Shown: piece after piece, positions 62,620-64,000 of the stretch
Layout of the letters: each line of letters opens with the position of its first letter
Numbering within the stretch: position 1 is the stretch's first letter
Origin: Squalus acanthias
Taxonomy: Eukaryota
Reading direction: 5' to 3'
DNA: 64,000 nt
Assembly: GCA_030390025.1 (NCBI GenBank)
Contig: JASTWF010000033.1
Span: forward strand, 3,970,001 to 4,034,000
The notes under the pieces: model-generated
Told to the model about the DNA's origin: nothing
Databases searched by the model: none
The model's input: only the letters and a program-made list of their open reading frames with translations
Made by a program: the position numbers and the translations under genes

Positions 62620-63800
62620 TGTTTAGTGGTACTGTGTGTACTCTGGAACACAGAAGAGCAGATGTAGGACATTGAACAACGGACTCCCACAGGGTTCGGT
62701 TCTGGCACACATATTATTCAACGTTTACACCAGTGACCTGTCTGAAACAGAGTCCCACAAGTTCGTATACGGTGATGACATTGGCATGGCCACGCAAAAC
62801 ATGAATCTGTCCATCACTGAATAGACCCTAACCAGTGATTAACAGAGGATGGAGTCCAACTTCCGCTGATGGCAACTTCGGCCAAACCCGCAAAAGACCG
62901 TCACCTCGACCTTTCACCTCAACACCCAACAAGCAAACCAAGCTTTGAAAGTCTCCTTTTGCGGCGCAGAGGTAAACCATGCCAAACACCCGTCCTATTT
63001 AGGAGTCACGCTCGATCGCATCCTGACATATCGAAAACATCGCCAGAACCTTTGGAAAAAACTAAAGAGTGCGGACAATTAGATCCAGAAACTCGCTGGA
63101 TCCACATGGGGAGCAGACGCTCAAACCTTCCGTACGGCAGCACTCGCCCTGATGTACTCTACAGCGGAGTACTGCTCTCCGGAATGGCTTTCAAGTGCGC
63201 ATGTCAAAACCATTAAATTCTACTGTGACAATTATAACTGGTACACTTTTATCGAAAGCAACACCTTGGCAGCCCGTGCTTGCAAACATCGCATCACCAA
63301 ACCTAGTCCGCGAATATGCAGTCTCCAGGGAACACAACCGCTATCCCAGCGAAGATATGCCGATCCAGGCCGACTTCAACAACCTACCTCGAACCCGTCT
63401 CAAATCTAGAAGGCCATTTTGGACCTTCGCCTTCATGTCCGATGGAGAAATACTTGGAAGAAATGCGAAATACGGAATGGATTCCATATAGTGGACCCTA
63501 CAGTGCTATCTGAAGGATCAAACTTTCCTCGCAAACAGTAGACAACAAACAACCATCTCAGAACTGGTAATGGTAGATGCTGCCACCTTCTCCATCGATG
63601 GAAGATTAAAGCATCCCCGTCATGCGGCTGTGGAGCTCCTAATCAGCTCCTGGAGCACATGATTGAGCGCTGCCCTCAGAGGATATTCGCAGGCAGCCTA
63701 CCAGATATCCACACTGTTACACCAGATGCTTTGGCCCGGCTATCCAACTTAGATATTGACATTTGATTTGATTTGGGACTACAATACGAAATAAGAAGAG
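62620..63800 (+). mobile_element. Decayed 5'-truncated Vingi/Ingi-like non-LTR retrotransposon
   Basis: NGLPQGSVLA.ILFNVYTSDL...FVYGDD; YLGVTLDR.L; KLAGSTWGA...YSTAEYC; C-terminal CGCG...LEHMIERCP; tail atacgaaataagaag. Confidence 0.75.
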
Positions 63801-64000
63801 CGGCCCCATTAACCGGGGTCAGAGTTCCATTAGCCTTGGTCGCAGTCCCATTAACCAGGGTCGCGTTGCCATTAACTGGGTTCACGGCTCCATTAACCGG
63901 GGTCACGGTCCCATTAACCGGGGTCGCGGCCCCATTAACCGGTGTCGTGGTCCCATTAACCGGGGTCACAGTCCCATTTATCGGGGTCGCGGTCCCAATA
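63801..64000. repeat. 21-bp minisatellite (cccattaaccggggtcgcggt); runs off the window
   Basis: About 9 tandem copies. Confidence 0.92.

Noticed and set aside
63676..63969. (TPVNGAA)n antifreeze- or mucin-like ORF
   Set aside because: Translation of the 21-bp minisatellite running into antisense LINE sequence.

Overview
Eukaryotic, non-genic and almost wholly repeat-derived DNA. A cartilaginous fish is the likely source, inferred from the CR1/Penelope/DeuSINE content and a GPR139-like pseudogene. From left to right: (1) a decayed minus-strand LTR-type/endogenous retroviral pol with two RNase H domains and a foamy-like RT motif, plus gag-position remnants; (2) a ~62-bp tandem array split by a near-intact full-length CR1 LINE; (3) a ~16-kb 33-bp minisatellite that runs into a DeuSINE body, from which it appears derived; (4) a five-level nest (old CR1-like > RTE > PIF/Harbinger > CR1 > Penelope) with identifiable target-site duplications and an intact three-exon Myb/SANT gene; (5) several Penelope-type hammerhead ribozyme motifs, two of them as solo ~95-bp insertions; (6) a GPR139/142-like GPCR pseudogene with a tandemly amplified exon-1 splice donor and a downstream YY1-motif array; (7) further minisatellites interrupted by CR1s, a 5S rRNA pseudogene and a Vingi/Ingi-like LINE fragment. 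No intact host protein-coding gene and no CRISPR array are supported. All family assignments come from motif recognition by eye, without database searches.
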